Assembly (NCBI RefSeq): GCF_009914755.1
Contig: NC_060930.1
Length of the DNA: 64,000 bases
Direction: 5' to 3' (one strand)
Source of the DNA: the human T2T-CHM13v2.0 reference genome, Homo sapiens
Shown: piece after piece, positions 49,304-63,740 of the stretch
Layout of the letters: each line of letters opens with the position of its first letter
Position numbering within the stretch: the first letter of the stretch is position 1
Translations under genes and position numbers: made by a program
Notes under the pieces: generated by a model
Seen by the model: only the letters and a program-made list of their open reading frames with translations
Told to the model about the DNA's origin: nothing
The model's database searches: none

Positions 49304-52300
49304 GCTACTTAGTTCAGGCTTATGAGGAAGGTTTGATTAAAATGTAAAGCTTACATTTTAATCAAATGGTTATCAAATGATTCTCTTTGTTGAGAGGAGG
49401 GCTGTAACTCAGTAGTAGAGTTGTGAGATATATCTCATTTAGGAACAAATATGCTAATAGGTGAGAATAATTTCCTTATTAATTACTTGTGTCTTATCCG
49501 GAGCCCTTTCTCTGGCAGTTAATTTACTGAATGCCAGAGATCCTTGCTTCTGTAGTCCTGAACATGTTTGCACTTCAGACATTCTTGGGCAGTCAGAACA
49601 GGACTAATAATGGCTTATGCAGATATTTTTCATAAATTTAGACTGTACATCCTTTGCATAGAATAAAAATTGCATCACTTGTATTTCTCTGTCTTGATTC
49701 ATTTGTTCTCCTTTTATCTTAACTTTCATGGATGAAAGCACGTATTCATACAAACCCTCAAATTTTACAGATGGACAACATGTTGTAGGGAGATTTTTAA
49801 AGAGTGTAGCTCATGTCTTATTGAGGAGGAAGATACAAAGCTAGATGAGCATGAAGAACAAATACAAAAATGTGTGCATCAAGAATTTTGAATAGTAAAA
49901 TTCTGCTTTTAACTTAATACTTATCATGTTTATGCACCTTTAAGAAACACTCCTTTCCATTACTAAATTTTCACTTTATTTTAAAAGCTTAATTTTTTGG
50001 AATTAAGGCATTTTGTTTGCATTAAATGCTTACTGAATAAAATCATAGATTTATTTGTCCAGTTGCAGTTGGACTCTGTTAGTTTTCTCATGTTACATTC
50101 AGATAAAAAAAGTGAGACGTCTCAGAGGAATGCTGGACTACAAAGAATTTGTCTTTCAAAGGTAATTAAAGTATAATTTAAACTTATTGCTGCTGTGTGT
50201 ACCACTTTCCCTTTTGAATTATGAGTCTATAAAGACATGGAAGTTTGCAACTTTAAATCACTCTGCAGTTGTCAATTAAATGTCATACTTTGGGGCAGAA
50301 TATAAATGGAGTATAGCCTGTTAACAATTATTAATATAGTATCAGTGCAAATTCATACATCAAAAGAGTCAGTGATAATCCTAACCACCTGTGCTGATAC
50401 ATAGTGTGAAATGTACAACTACTCTTTCTCGTAGTCTCCTAGTCTCCCAGAAAAATGAATGCGTTGTTGAACAGCTTAATTAAAAACAAAAGAATAAAGT
50501 AACACAACACAGAGGGTTTTAAAATTTGGTTTTAATTTCTGAATTTCACAATTGTGTGTGTGTGTGTATGGGTGAGTAAACACACACACACATATTAGAC
50601 ACTCACATATATCTTGTTAAGGCTTATTTTCAACTGGTTGACTTGCTTCTACCATGCAAAGTATATTGTCAATAAATTCAAGAATTCAATATTTATCAGG
50701 CGAATTAGCTTCATGGTTAAATAGTTATGGACTGACTACCTTCTTAATCAAAGGTGATGCTTTTCTTTTTTAAGTTTATCACAAAGCAGATTTATGCAAC
50801 TGATTAGGACATTACCCTGTAGTTTCGGAGATCATTGCATTTAAGAAAGGGTTTGAATGTGATCTGAACTGCAACCCTTCCTAAAGAGATAGCCTTAGAT
50901 AAAACAAATATAACTATCATTTCCTAGCATAAATTCTGAGCAATTATGTTTGTGACTATTGCCTAATATTATCAAATAAGAAGTTCATTTACATTCTTCA
51001 TCTTTTTTTGTTTTCCAAGACAAATCAGAAATCAATCTGATTTGATCTGGGCAATGTGTAACTCTTAAAATAGCTTATATAATTTTTAAAGAAATATTTT
51101 AATGTCAATTTAAAACCTTGGAATTAGAAAACAATAATTTTAAATTTTGTTTTGTAGGTCCTAGTAAGGCAGTAACATTCGTTATTACATGATTGTGCTC
51201 CTTCTCATAGGGCAGTGGGTGTGCACAGCATGGGTATAAGGATGTGCACAAACATTGTGTATTTCTGGCCTATTTATCTTCCCTATTTCAGGACTGGTTC
51301 TAAGAGTTCTTGGACATCACCAGTATGCTGAGCAATTTGGACAATTTCAGTTCCATTAGGCATTAAATGAAGTCAGGGCCCAAATTCCCTGTTAATGCAA
51401 CAGTTTATGCCATCCAGCATCCCAGAGAAGTATCTCTGTAGCCATTTATTTGGTTTTCGATTTAAGAAGACCCGCACCTGACTGGAACCCAATACAACTA
51501 TCATTAAAAAATAAAATCCCATTGCCCAGGATTGTTTTGTTCTTCATGTGTACTTCATATCAAGTTATTGTCCTAATTGCCTCATGCCTTTTAGAAAGTT
51601 CAGTTAATTCAAAGAGATGAATTAAGGAATGAAGTTTAAGTTCTCTGTGTCTCCTTAAAACATTTCTGAGCTCAACTCTCATTTGAATAGGTAATGAGGA
51701 CAAGACAATAAAATCTGAGTAGAGTCTCTAGCTCTTGTTTGTGTCTACCTTGTTTTTTTCTCTCTCTCTCTCCAGTTAAATGCCATCCAATTATCTCCTG
51801 CAAATATCTACAGAATTGTTCGTTAGTCAACATTATGATACAGGTTGATTATGATATTAGATGATTATGATATTAGACAGTGATTGGTTTAATTAGTTTG
51901 TGAACATTTGCATATATAGAGAGCTCTTAATAAATTGGGAATATATTTGAATTTGATCTTCATATAGACATTTTCTAACCTTGGGGATGCCTTTATAATT
52001 GCTGTTGTTTTCTTTGTGTTTCATTATAGAAGCCAGAATTCTTCTTGCTAATAATGACATGTAGATAAATACCTTATTAGTGTAGTAACACTTCCAAGAG
52101 GAAAGCACATTTTCTAAGCATCTCCTGAAATAAATGTCTTTTTTGAAGACTGGAGGCTCTGAAGCTGCTAATGAGATATGGAAGGGACATTCTGTAAAAG
52201 TGACAAGTTATTTTAATCAAAAAGGTCATGCATGTCAGATAGTATTATTGTTTTCTGAAGTGGCTTGACTCAGCCCAAGTCAGTGAGAATTAAGATTTCA

Positions 52301-52695
52301 ATTATACATTACTAATGGCTGGGACACAGGGTTAGTGAGGTAGAGGTTTAAAACCTAAGTGTTGCTGAAACGTCGTCTTGATTTACTGGTATCACTGCTA
52401 AGTACTCTGTAAATGCCAGCAGTTTATACCATGTCACTAAAGCCCAAGAGTAATGTCACTTTAGAATTACAAAACAGAAGGCATTCTGTGATTCAGGCAG
52501 CACAGCTAACTTCCAAACAAGATTTGAATACTAAAATGAATGTCTTATCTTTGAGAAGCAAAGGCTTTTGAATGTTCAAGTCAGATGTGTTTAATTATTT
52601 AAAGGATACTTAGTAGATACTTGTTTTCTGTAAGATTTCTGATCCCTTAACTGACTTTCATAATGTTGAATTGGGATCCAAGAAGAATGGAATAA

Positions 52696-53040
<345 letters not shown>

Positions 53041-54169
53041 TCAGTTATCTTTTTGGCTTGCTTATTCTTCTTTTCATATCTCTGTCCATACAAGGAGTAG
53101 TTGCTACATGAAGAGGGTACTGTCTTTGAAGGTAAAGAAAGCTTTTTCATGTGAGTCTGATAATAGGTATGCATATACTTTAATTTATGTAAATAGTTTA
53201 ACCAGTGCTGGAAAAAAAAAGCATCATACCTCCAATGGAATAGTTCTGATTATTCAGAGAACCTTTCAGACGAGGAAAAACAGAACATTTTCCAGGGAGT
53301 TCTTGTACATCTGCATGCCCCACGGTGCTAAATTTTGGCTTTGCATAGATCCCCTGTGAATGCAGACCTTCCCATTAGCCACTCTCTGTTTCCAGTCGCT
53401 TTCATTCCATCACATATGAAGATCAAGCTTAATGTTCTCAAAGAGGGAGAGCAAGACCAAGCACACCCTGCAGAATGGCCTGTGGAGTTTCAGCTCTTGA
53501 TAGACTTGTCTGCGACAATTTGGTCCATGCTGCTTCAAATGGCAGGAAGAGTAACATCACAGGAGGGTAAAATATTTTCCAAATCTGATTTAATGATAAG
53601 ACACTGAGTGTTGAGAGAGCACCGAATTCAATGAAGAAGGTTAAGTGCAAAACACCATGATTTTCTTGAGATGTGAGTGTGTTGAGGGAGGGGGATGGAG
53701 AGGGAGAGCAGGCAAAGGGAGCAGAAGCTGGAGAGGGGAGGTTGACGGGATCCAGATCAGCATATCTTACTAGGTTAGTATTTAATGAACTGGCCAGTAT
53801 CAGAGTGATTTGGAGGTGCCAATTAAAATGTGAGGAGCACTGCAATTTTGTGTCCAGGGTTAAGTTAAAACTATGTAATCTTTTTATAAGCTTGAAACAT
53901 TTTCTGTAGGTTAAGTCTAGCAAAAATATTAATGCCATGTAACCTAACTTTTTTTTCATAGAAAAAATGTCCAGATTTCTTTCCACCAAGAAGCCTGATA
54001 TTTGTAGAGTTGTTGTTGTTGACTCTGATCTGGATGCTGGAGATGAAAAGATACATGCGAGGCAGACCCATGTCAACCTTCAGAGGAGCCATATTCTAGG
54101 GATTTCTTGACAGTGTGCTTGTACTAATATTGTATTTATTGCTTTCAAACTAAAATGAATACTATAATA

Positions 54170-55120
54170 GACTTAACACAATTGTGAAGACACGCAAAGA
54201 GGGCAAGGCTTCTTAATTCTGAAAGTGTCAAAGAAGGATTTATTATAAAGAAAGGTGACTTTAGGTTAGATGTTAAGGAGAGATTTAACTGCATAGGGCT
54301 TAGATGAGGAGGAATTGGTTATGATATTTCAGTTTTTGAACACAGAATGAAGAAAGGTGACAAGGATACCCATTTCATTATATTGTGCCTTTGTGTGATT
54401 TTAGTGCATATGAGAGTAGGAAAAGGATTGGGTTTGAGCTTCCAGAAGATGGAAACATAAAACCGTACCAAGTGTAGGATTTTAAGGGCCTAAGTTAAGG
54501 AGTTTAAACAATATTTATAAATAATGAGAGGCATTAAATATATTTTTTAATTAGAGGTGACTGTTACTGCAAAAAAAGGATACTCTACAAGAAATATAAA
54601 TTTGATAGCAAGATAACAATTTTGAGATGAGAATGAATAGTGAACAGGTGGCAAAAGACAAGTTAAAAGGATATTGCAATAATCTAATAAACAGAAGTGT
54701 TTGTCCAAGGGTTATCAATATGAGATGCAAAAGAAACAATGAAGTTGGGCCTCAATTCAACCTCACAATTGAAAGACACTCCCTCCTTCCCATTTTCCCC
54801 TTCTCTCTCCATTCCCTATTCCTTCCTTCTTTCCTCCATTCTTTCCTTACCACCCCCACCCCCGCCCCCAACCTTTTTCCTTTACATGTTATTCAGTGCC
54901 TGCTATGTGCTAGGCTGTGGGAGTGAGGAAGAGAGTGGATCAAAGGTAATGCCAGAAGGTCTAGCTTGGCAGAGTAGTAGGGCTATTAACTATGACAGGG
55001 AACATTTTAGGAAAGGAGCAGTTTTGCAGCAAGGAATAAAATGACTTTGAATTTGGACAAATTGATTTGGAAATACCTGTGGGACTTTCTTATTGAGATG
55101 TCCAGCAAAGAGCTGAAAGA
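54170..55120 (-). mobile_element. Scattered L2 fragments
   Basis: Purine-rich L2-antisense motifs (gggcctaagttaaggagtttaaac; gactttgaatttggacaaattgatttggaaatacctgtggga...gagatgtccagc). Confidence 0.5.
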
Positions 55121-55672
55121 GCTCTCTGACATTACTGCAGCTGAGTCTGGAACAAACAGGCTGCCTGGTGAGCAGTGTATTCCTATCACTAGGAGGGGAT
55201 AAGACTCGGTCAGATGGCCTTGGGTCAGATGTGTTAGATGGAACTCTGATGAGGGATTATTAGCACTCTTGAACCAAACAGGATACAGTGCCCTTCCAGC
55301 CATACAATTCTATGTCTGCAGACATCTGTGCAAGAGAAACAGAGGGAGAGAGCTAGAAAGAGACTTATGTTTTTCATCTGTAACCACAACTATTAACATA
55401 AGCATTAATATATCTGTTGACATTTTCCATATTACCATTTTTAGCTTCTTAACCTGTAAAGTAAATGATGGGTGGACTACTAAGGATTGTCTAATACCCA
55501 CTATTTCCACACTACCCCCCCACCTCTTGTCTGATTATCAAATATTCATGGTATTTGCTGCAACTTAAATATTATTTGATACTTTCTGTTCTCAACCAAG
55601 TTATGGTATATATATATATTTTTTTTTTCTAGTAATAATATTAAGTGTTTAGAATATTCTCTTATAAATTAA

Positions 55673-56107
<435 letters not shown>

Positions 56108-56799
56108 TAGTTCAAATTATTATTAAAATTGCTGTTGTTACTATTCTTAATTTTTTAGTTCCTGATTTTTTTTATTAATAGCAGTAAGTATACTCAATTT
56201 TTGCATATACTTTTATGGATATCCAAGGCTTTGAAAAATGTGTGAAATGGAAGGCTATTTATAACTTCAACACATGTATAAGTACAACTTACATATGATT
56301 CTAAAATGTAGCACTGACCAATACTGTAATATCAGTAATATCAAAACAGTATATTACTGTTTTACCAATACAGTAATATACTGTAATATCAAAAAGAAAA
56401 AAGATATAGAACCTACCTTCTTATTTTCATTTGTATGTGTACTTCTGAAACTGCCTCCTACATATGAAAATTGATCATACCTCTTGTGAGCTTTTTCTCT
56501 GTATTAAGTTCATGATAAGCAATGTAAATCCTCAGAAAAGATGTTACCACCGTTTAGTTATCTTTTATCAACTCAATAGATGAGTTAAGATTTAAAACAT
56601 TTGCCTAGGGAAGTATTTTGCACTGGTCAATTCTCACAGTTTTGTGAGATGAATCACTTTGGTCATTATCAAATGATACATAGCAGTTGAGACATGTATT
56701 GATTAAGGTAAATATAAATGACTTTTTATAATAAATAAAAGAAATATAAGATTTAACATTCAATAAGCAAAATTATGACATAAAAATTAAAATAACACT

Positions 56800-57480
<681 letters not shown>

Positions 57481-58425
57481 AGCATTCTTTCATCCAGTAA
57501 GTACTAAGTGAGTCCCAATTATTCACTAGGCACACAACATAGTGGCAAAGAGACCTATGAAACAGCTAAAATATATTGTGACGGCTTATGGTATGTTTGG
57601 TTTCAATTGAGGGTGCAAGAGTTGCATATGGGCAGGAAAATCCTAGCCTAGACTTCTTGGAAGACATTTCTGAGAAATCGATGTTTTCACTGAAACTAGA
57701 AAGAGAAGGAATACTTAACCAGGGAAAAATGATTTAATGTAGAAAAGCAGAGACAACAGCATCTAAAAAAGCCTAGAAGCAGGAAAGAGATGTAATGTAT
57801 TCAAGAACTGAAAAAGTTAGGTATGACTGGATAGTGTGTAAGAGGGGATATTGTTATCTTTGGGACTGGGATTATACTTGCAAATTTACTTACAATTTTA
57901 TAAATTTCTCTTTTTGTTAATGAAGATATTCCTATTAACATGAAAATAATTTAAAAACTAGCTAAAATTCTAACAAAGAAAAAATAAGGAAACACTTTAA
58001 ACATGCTACAGAAAAATAATAAGAAAAGACAAAAGGGGCTAGAATTATAAAGTTGAAGTCTAATACAACAGAGTAGCATTATATATTGAGCCAAATTGAA
58101 AGAGACAAATACAGTGATTTTAGAAAATGAAGATACTTCTTTTATATAGGCTATTTAAGGAGCATTAAATAAAGCAGTAGTGCACATCTTTTAAAATTAG
58201 ACTGCTATCGTAGAAGGGCCCACAGGAATATTTGTACCAATACAGCTGTAAAACACTTATCAGACTTTTTCAGCTATTTTTCTTTTGCCTCAGTTGCCCA
58301 GGTATATATACTGGGGCAAAAAGCAAGATCTGGTAAATGACTGTTGGTGTTTTTCTTTCCTGTTTATTACAGTGTAGTTAATAATCTTTGCAATTCCTTC
58401 CAAAGGTATGAGCCGACTCTGTATC

Positions 58426-58604
58426 TGTGGTTCTCCACCTTGGCTCTATGTTACACTCAACTTGGGAGATTTTTTAAAAAATTTATGCTCAGGCCCCACT
58501 TCAGGCCAATTAGATTATTACCGCTGGCATTAGGACCCAGGCATTAAATATTTTCATATTCCCAGGTAATTCCCATTCACATCTAAGACTGAAAAACATC
58601 ACTG
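58426..58604. mobile_element. MER5A hAT-Charlie MITE
   Basis: ctgtggttctccaccttggct...gctcaggccccac...ggacccaggcatt...cccaggtaattc...aaacatcactg. Confidence 0.7.
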
Positions 58605-58864
58605 CTCTAGGAAGGTTTAGCCTATTTAACACCTTCAATGTATAAGTCAAGTTGCCTAGCAGAAAAATCAGGTACGGTTTCACTCAAATGGATGACTCCA
58701 AAGATTTGAGTCAAGAACTCAGAATGAGAGATCTCATTCATGGACTGGTTTGGTGTTGAGGTTGCCTGGGTGTTTGAAGAGTGTTATGTGCTGAATGAAG
58801 ATGGAATCCTTGGTGTGGGTACACTTTAGCGATATATAGGAGGACTATAACGTGAATATCTTAA

Positions 58865-59010
58865 ACACATTGAAGTTGACCTTAAATTCATACGGCTCTC
58901 AGTTTTCTCATGAGTGAGATGAGAATGTAACTACCACATTACGAAGTTGTGAAAGTTAAATGAGGTGATATTTATATAAGAAATGTGCACAGTATACTTC
59001 ACTCATAGTT
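58865..59010 (+). mobile_element. MIR fragment
   Basis: ctctcagttttctcatgagtgagatgagaatg...gttgtgaaagttaaatgaggtgatattt. Confidence 0.6.
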
Positions 59011-59268
59011 CAAAAGCTTCAAAAATAAGAAATAGAGAAGTAAGAGATGAGTCTCTTTCATATCTAATTTGAGTATTAGACATTTGAGTATTATAGCTTC
59101 AGTTTTGGTTTCCACATTAGTTATTTTTTTAAGGTGGGTTTTCTTTCACAGTAGAAAGCCAAAAATGTTAGATAGAAAAAGTATGTATTGTCTTGAAAAG
59201 GTGAACAGTTGGACATTACGTTTTGAAGGTATTGAAATTTTTCTAATGATCTGTTTTTGGAATGTGTA

Positions 59269-59848
59269 TGTATTGGATTTATCTTGCTGTATCATAAGCT
59301 ACCACAAATTTAGTGTCTTCAAATACCTGTTTATTAGGTTGCAGTTTTGTAGGTAAGAAGCTTGGGCCGATGTGGGAGGTTTTTCTGCTCAGTGTCTTAC
59401 AAGTCTGAAATCAAGGCATTTGCTGAGCTACATTATTATCTGGAACTCAAGGGCCTCTTCTGAGCTCATGTGATTGTAGCAGAATTCAGTGCCTTGCATT
59501 TGTAAGTCTAAGGTTCTCCTTTCCTTCCTGGCTGTTAGTTGGAGCTGATGTCAGCTTTTAGAAACAACCTGAATTCCTTGCCATGTGGCTCCTCCATCTT
59601 CACAGCCAGTGACAGAGAATTTCCCACACTTTGAATCAATCTCCCACTCTCCCCCTCCCCCTTCTTCTCTCATATTAGATAAGCACCACCGAAGATAATT
59701 CTGTTATCTTTTAGAGCCAGCCATATCACAGAACTTAATCATGGGAGCACTGGCCCATCATATTCATAGGTGTCTTTCACGCCAAGTATGGAGATGATTA
59801 TACAAAGGTGTGGGTCATTGGGATGATCTTAGAATTCTGACTACTCCA
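59269..59848 (-). mobile_element. MLT1E/F-type LTR
   Basis: taccacaaatttagtgtctt...ctgaaatcaagg...gcagaattcagt...ccttgccatgtggctcctccatcttc...gatcttagaattctgactac. Confidence 0.75.
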
Positions 59849-60744
59849 GTATATGAGACAGGTGAATGGACTATATGTCAGATGTTACTGGGATTTTAAA
59901 GCAAGGAATGAGAAGACTATTACTGCCTCACGTTTTATATGCATTTCTTTTCATTTGATATGATGTTTAAAATTATTGATTGGAGATGGGAGATCAGCTG
60001 TGATTGATTCCCTACAGGAAATATAGAAAAAAAGTATAGAAAGATATCAATAAGGAATGTAAACCTTTTGCATATGACTTTTGTGTCTGGGAAAGACAAT
60101 GTACTCTTATTTTCTCCCTTTTTTATTCTTAATAAGTAAATTTTCTCATACAATTTAATTTCATTACAAATACATGCCAAAGACATGAACAAAAATAAGT
60201 CTTCATAAAGGAAGGACATTCCACAAATAAAAATTGGCACACGTTTATTGTTTTTATGGGGATTGGGGGAAGTTGTGTTGTTCCACAGAAGAGGCCAACA
60301 GCAGCTTGTTGGTACTCTCAGATACGGTGAGTGCAGTAGTTTCCGTCAGTTCCACAGATTTACCACGGAACAAGGAACGACCCAGGAATAAGGAATGCCC
60401 CAGCTTGCAGCCTCTTAAAGCTGTAAAACTACTCAGCACTTGCTTCTGGTAGTTGACTGCTATCTTAATAATTCCCTGTACCTCTTAAAGACATGATAGT
60501 GTTCATAGCCAGGAAATGTTTAGGTTTGATCTACTTTTCTATTTGTCAGAACCCAATGAAGGAAATCAATCTATTTGTTTTTCAAGCATAAATGGATGAA
60601 TTCTTGGTTGTTGCTAATAATACAGTGTCTTATTTGGCTAATACCATTTTGTTTAGAAAATAAAAGAAATCATAACATTCTTTTTAAGGTCCTTTAGTAG
60701 TTTGTAGTAAAACTGAATTAGTTGCTGTAGATATTTGAACCTTA

Positions 60745-60748
<4 letters not shown>

Positions 60749-60779
<31 letters not shown>
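60749..60779. repeat. (TG)n microsatellite
   Basis: Seen directly. Confidence 0.95.
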
Positions 60780-60784
<5 letters not shown>

Positions 60785-60959
60785 AGTGTGTATTTGCTGC
60801 TGATGATCAATCAGAAGATCCTTAGGAGAAGATCTTTTGTTTAAAGGTGTTTAATTTCGATCTATTCTGTGCTCTGTTATACTTATTACTATACTTTTAG
60901 GAGAATTGAACACATATAAATGTAATATAAAAGGGCCATTATGCTACTGTGTAGTGGAT

Positions 60960-62360
60960 TTTAAACTGGAGCGTGAATATCCCTGGGGTTATGTGAGGAT
61001 GTTCCATTGGCATATGAACTCAGAGCTTTGAGGATACAATAAAACAATAATTTGTTTGGCTAATTGACAAATCGAATGGCTCTGATAACTGGGTAACAGA
61101 TCCATTTTCAAATCAGGTGGTTTACAATTCTCTACTTTAAGCAAAATTTCAGAGAGGCCTAATTGAGTTGTCAGCCAATATATGATTAAAATAATTTTTG
61201 ATGGAAAATCATTGACTTTTGGCATATAATTGAGAAGTAGTTCAAGGACTTGAGCGACATTGTTATAATGGAAAGAGTTTCTTCCATTTCCATCTATTTA
61301 TTTGTGTGAACAAAGAACCTTAACAGTTATAGCAATAAAAACAATAAACAGAACTCTTGCTGGGTCTTTTCTCCTTTTAACAGCAAGTATTAGTCATCCA
61401 TAGCATGTATAAAATAAATGGGAAAAAGCCATTTCATTAAGAGATTCATTTCTGATCATTGCAATCTTTGTCTAATAATTACTTGTCACAGTTTTAAGTT
61501 TTTGCTTTGATAATTATGCTCTTTTAATAATTTTAATGGTAACTCAACCCAAAAGAAATTTTTTTTACACCTAGAGTTATATGGTCACAGGGAATTTTTT
61601 TTAAAACCATCTTTAGATACAATTCCTTGTTGCAGAGAAATATGATCAATACAAAGACTTTCAAGCATAAAATTTATTATGTAGGATAAAAATCAGTGGG
61701 GATAGAAATATGAGTTCAAAAAGAAATATGACTTAAGTAAAATTTCCAGCAATAAATAAGATCTTGTTCATGGAATGTATTAGTTCATTCTCACACAGCT
61801 ATGAAGAAGTACTTGAGACTGGGTAATTTTTAAAGGAAAGAGATTTAATTGACTCACAGTTCTGCATGGCTAGGGAGGCCTCAGGAAACTTACAATCATG
61901 GAGGGAAGGCAAATAATAAGCAGGTACTTTCTTCACAGAATGGCAGGATGGAGTGAGTGCAAGCAGGATAAATGCCAGACACTATTTATAAAACCATCGG
62001 ATCTTGTGAGACTCACTCACTATCATGAGAACAGCATGGGGGAAACCACCCCCGTGATCCAGTTACCTCTACCTGGTCCCACCCTTGACACGTGGGGATT
62101 ATAAGGATTATGGGGATTACAATTCAAGATGAGATTTTGGGTGGGGACCCAGCAAAACGTGTAGTTTGTGCTAGTATTTTAATTAGTCTGGATTCTTTAA
62201 AAGAATTATGTACCAGTTTTATTCTAAAATATCCATATTTTTAGTATGCTACAACTTATATTCTTTGCTATTTACACTTACCAGGAAAATAAATTGTTGA
62301 CCTCAAAATGTTTTAGAGGTACATGGTTTTATAAAACCAGATTAGGAGGTTACATTACGT
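60960..62360 (+). mobile_element. hAT-Charlie transposon remnant, interrupted by THE1D
   Basis: 61281-61313 translates LPFPSIYLCEQ, resembling the Charlie/hAT C-terminal LPFxSTYLCE motif; boundaries approximate. Confidence 0.6.
61776..62160 (-). mobile_element. THE1D solo LTR
   Basis: tgtattagttcattctcacacagctatgaagaag...ggaggcctcaggaaacttacaatcatgg...cttgacacgtggggatt...gagattttgggtggggac. Confidence 0.9.
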
Positions 62361-63454
62361 TGTAAGACTAGTGCTGTTGTGGAAAGGACTATCCACGAAA
62401 CCACTGGCTTTTCCTATGTTGCAATAAGGGGTTTGGTTTAGGGGCTAAGGACCCAGCTGGCTCTGACACTGACAGTGGTTCACCTTCCTCTGAACTTCTA
62501 TGGCTCTCATTAATCATCTGAAACATTTGACACTTTGCATATGTCTGGTGGTGCTGTTGATTTGGAATCTAAACCATAACCACTACTTAGTAGTTGAAAA
62601 GTTAAGAATTTACCCCCATTGTTGATACTCTAATTTTCATGTAATCAGAAATGTTACCTTTGCGATAAGGAGTTCCTGTACTGCTCTCTCTGCCCCATAT
62701 TTTCTAGTGTGACCAGTTTGTCACCAAAGGTTGGGTCATATAGATTTTTGCCACAATTTGAGCAAGCTCCTATTACATCATTAAGAGTATGTCACAGTTA
62801 GTTTCAATGAAATAATTAGCCAATTGGATTTCAAATAGTAAAATAACACATTTTATTATATGTAAATACCTTATCTTCCAAAGGCATAAATTTAAGGTAA
62901 TGATAATTGATATCCAGAATGCTTCTGTGTACATACATGTTATATGTTTCAATTACTAAGTCAAAATATGTGGTAGAAATAGTAAGGAACGCAGAGTTTC
63001 TTTTCTTCTTAAGGAAATAAAAAGATTGACTTGAGCCAATTTTTATCTGAGGAATGTTAATTTGTTTTATTTAATGCAGCTTAAAACTCTACAATTACCC
63101 TTTCTATGAACAGATACTTAATGAGTACATAAACACTTGGTTCCTGTATTTCCTGAAATGTTCCACACTTTAGAGCTGGTTCTGCTGATGAAAGTTGAAG
63201 TCATGGGCAGGCATGAGATGGGGTAGGCAAAGAGTATACTGTGAAAAGAGAAATGAGGGCCTCTGATATTAAATATTGCCCAGGGAGAGGAAAAAAAGTT
63301 TGGAAGGATCCTGAGTAGGACAATTATAAAAGAGAACCTGGAGCTTGTGGGGAGTTCCAAAGCAACAGCAAGAGTCTGTGCCATGTAATACTTAGCAATT
63401 TAGTAAAGTAAGGAATCAAAAATGCCCACTGGAATTTTAATATAAAATATTTTT

Positions 63455-63740
63455 GGCTGGGCACGGTGGCTCATGCCTGTAATCCCAGCACTTTGGGAGG
63501 CCTAGGTGGGTGGATAACAAGGTCAGGAGATGGAGACCATCCTGGCTAACACGGTGAAACCACATCTCAACTAAAAATACAAAAAATTAGCCAGGCGTGG
63601 TGGTGGGCGCCTGTAGTCCCAGCTACTCAGGAGGCTGAGGCAGGTGAATGGTGTGAACCCAGGAGGCGGAGCTTGCAGTGAGCTGAGATCGCACCACTGC
63701 ACTCCACAGCCTGGGCGACATAGCGAGACTCTGTCTCAAA
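63455..63740 (+). mobile_element. AluY
   Basis: gagaccatcctggctaacacggtgaaac, gaatggtgtgaacccaggaggcggagcttgcag; tail replaced by (TG)n(TA)n. Confidence 0.93.

Noticed and set aside
53438-54076. 212-aa minus-strand ORF, the longest in the window
   Set aside because: Starts at TTG, has no recognisable domain, and its PS-rich part is just the complement of a GA tract; consistent with chance.
54853-54869. C-tracts as a minus-strand G4
   Set aside because: Only three long tracts; not a canonical four-tract motif.
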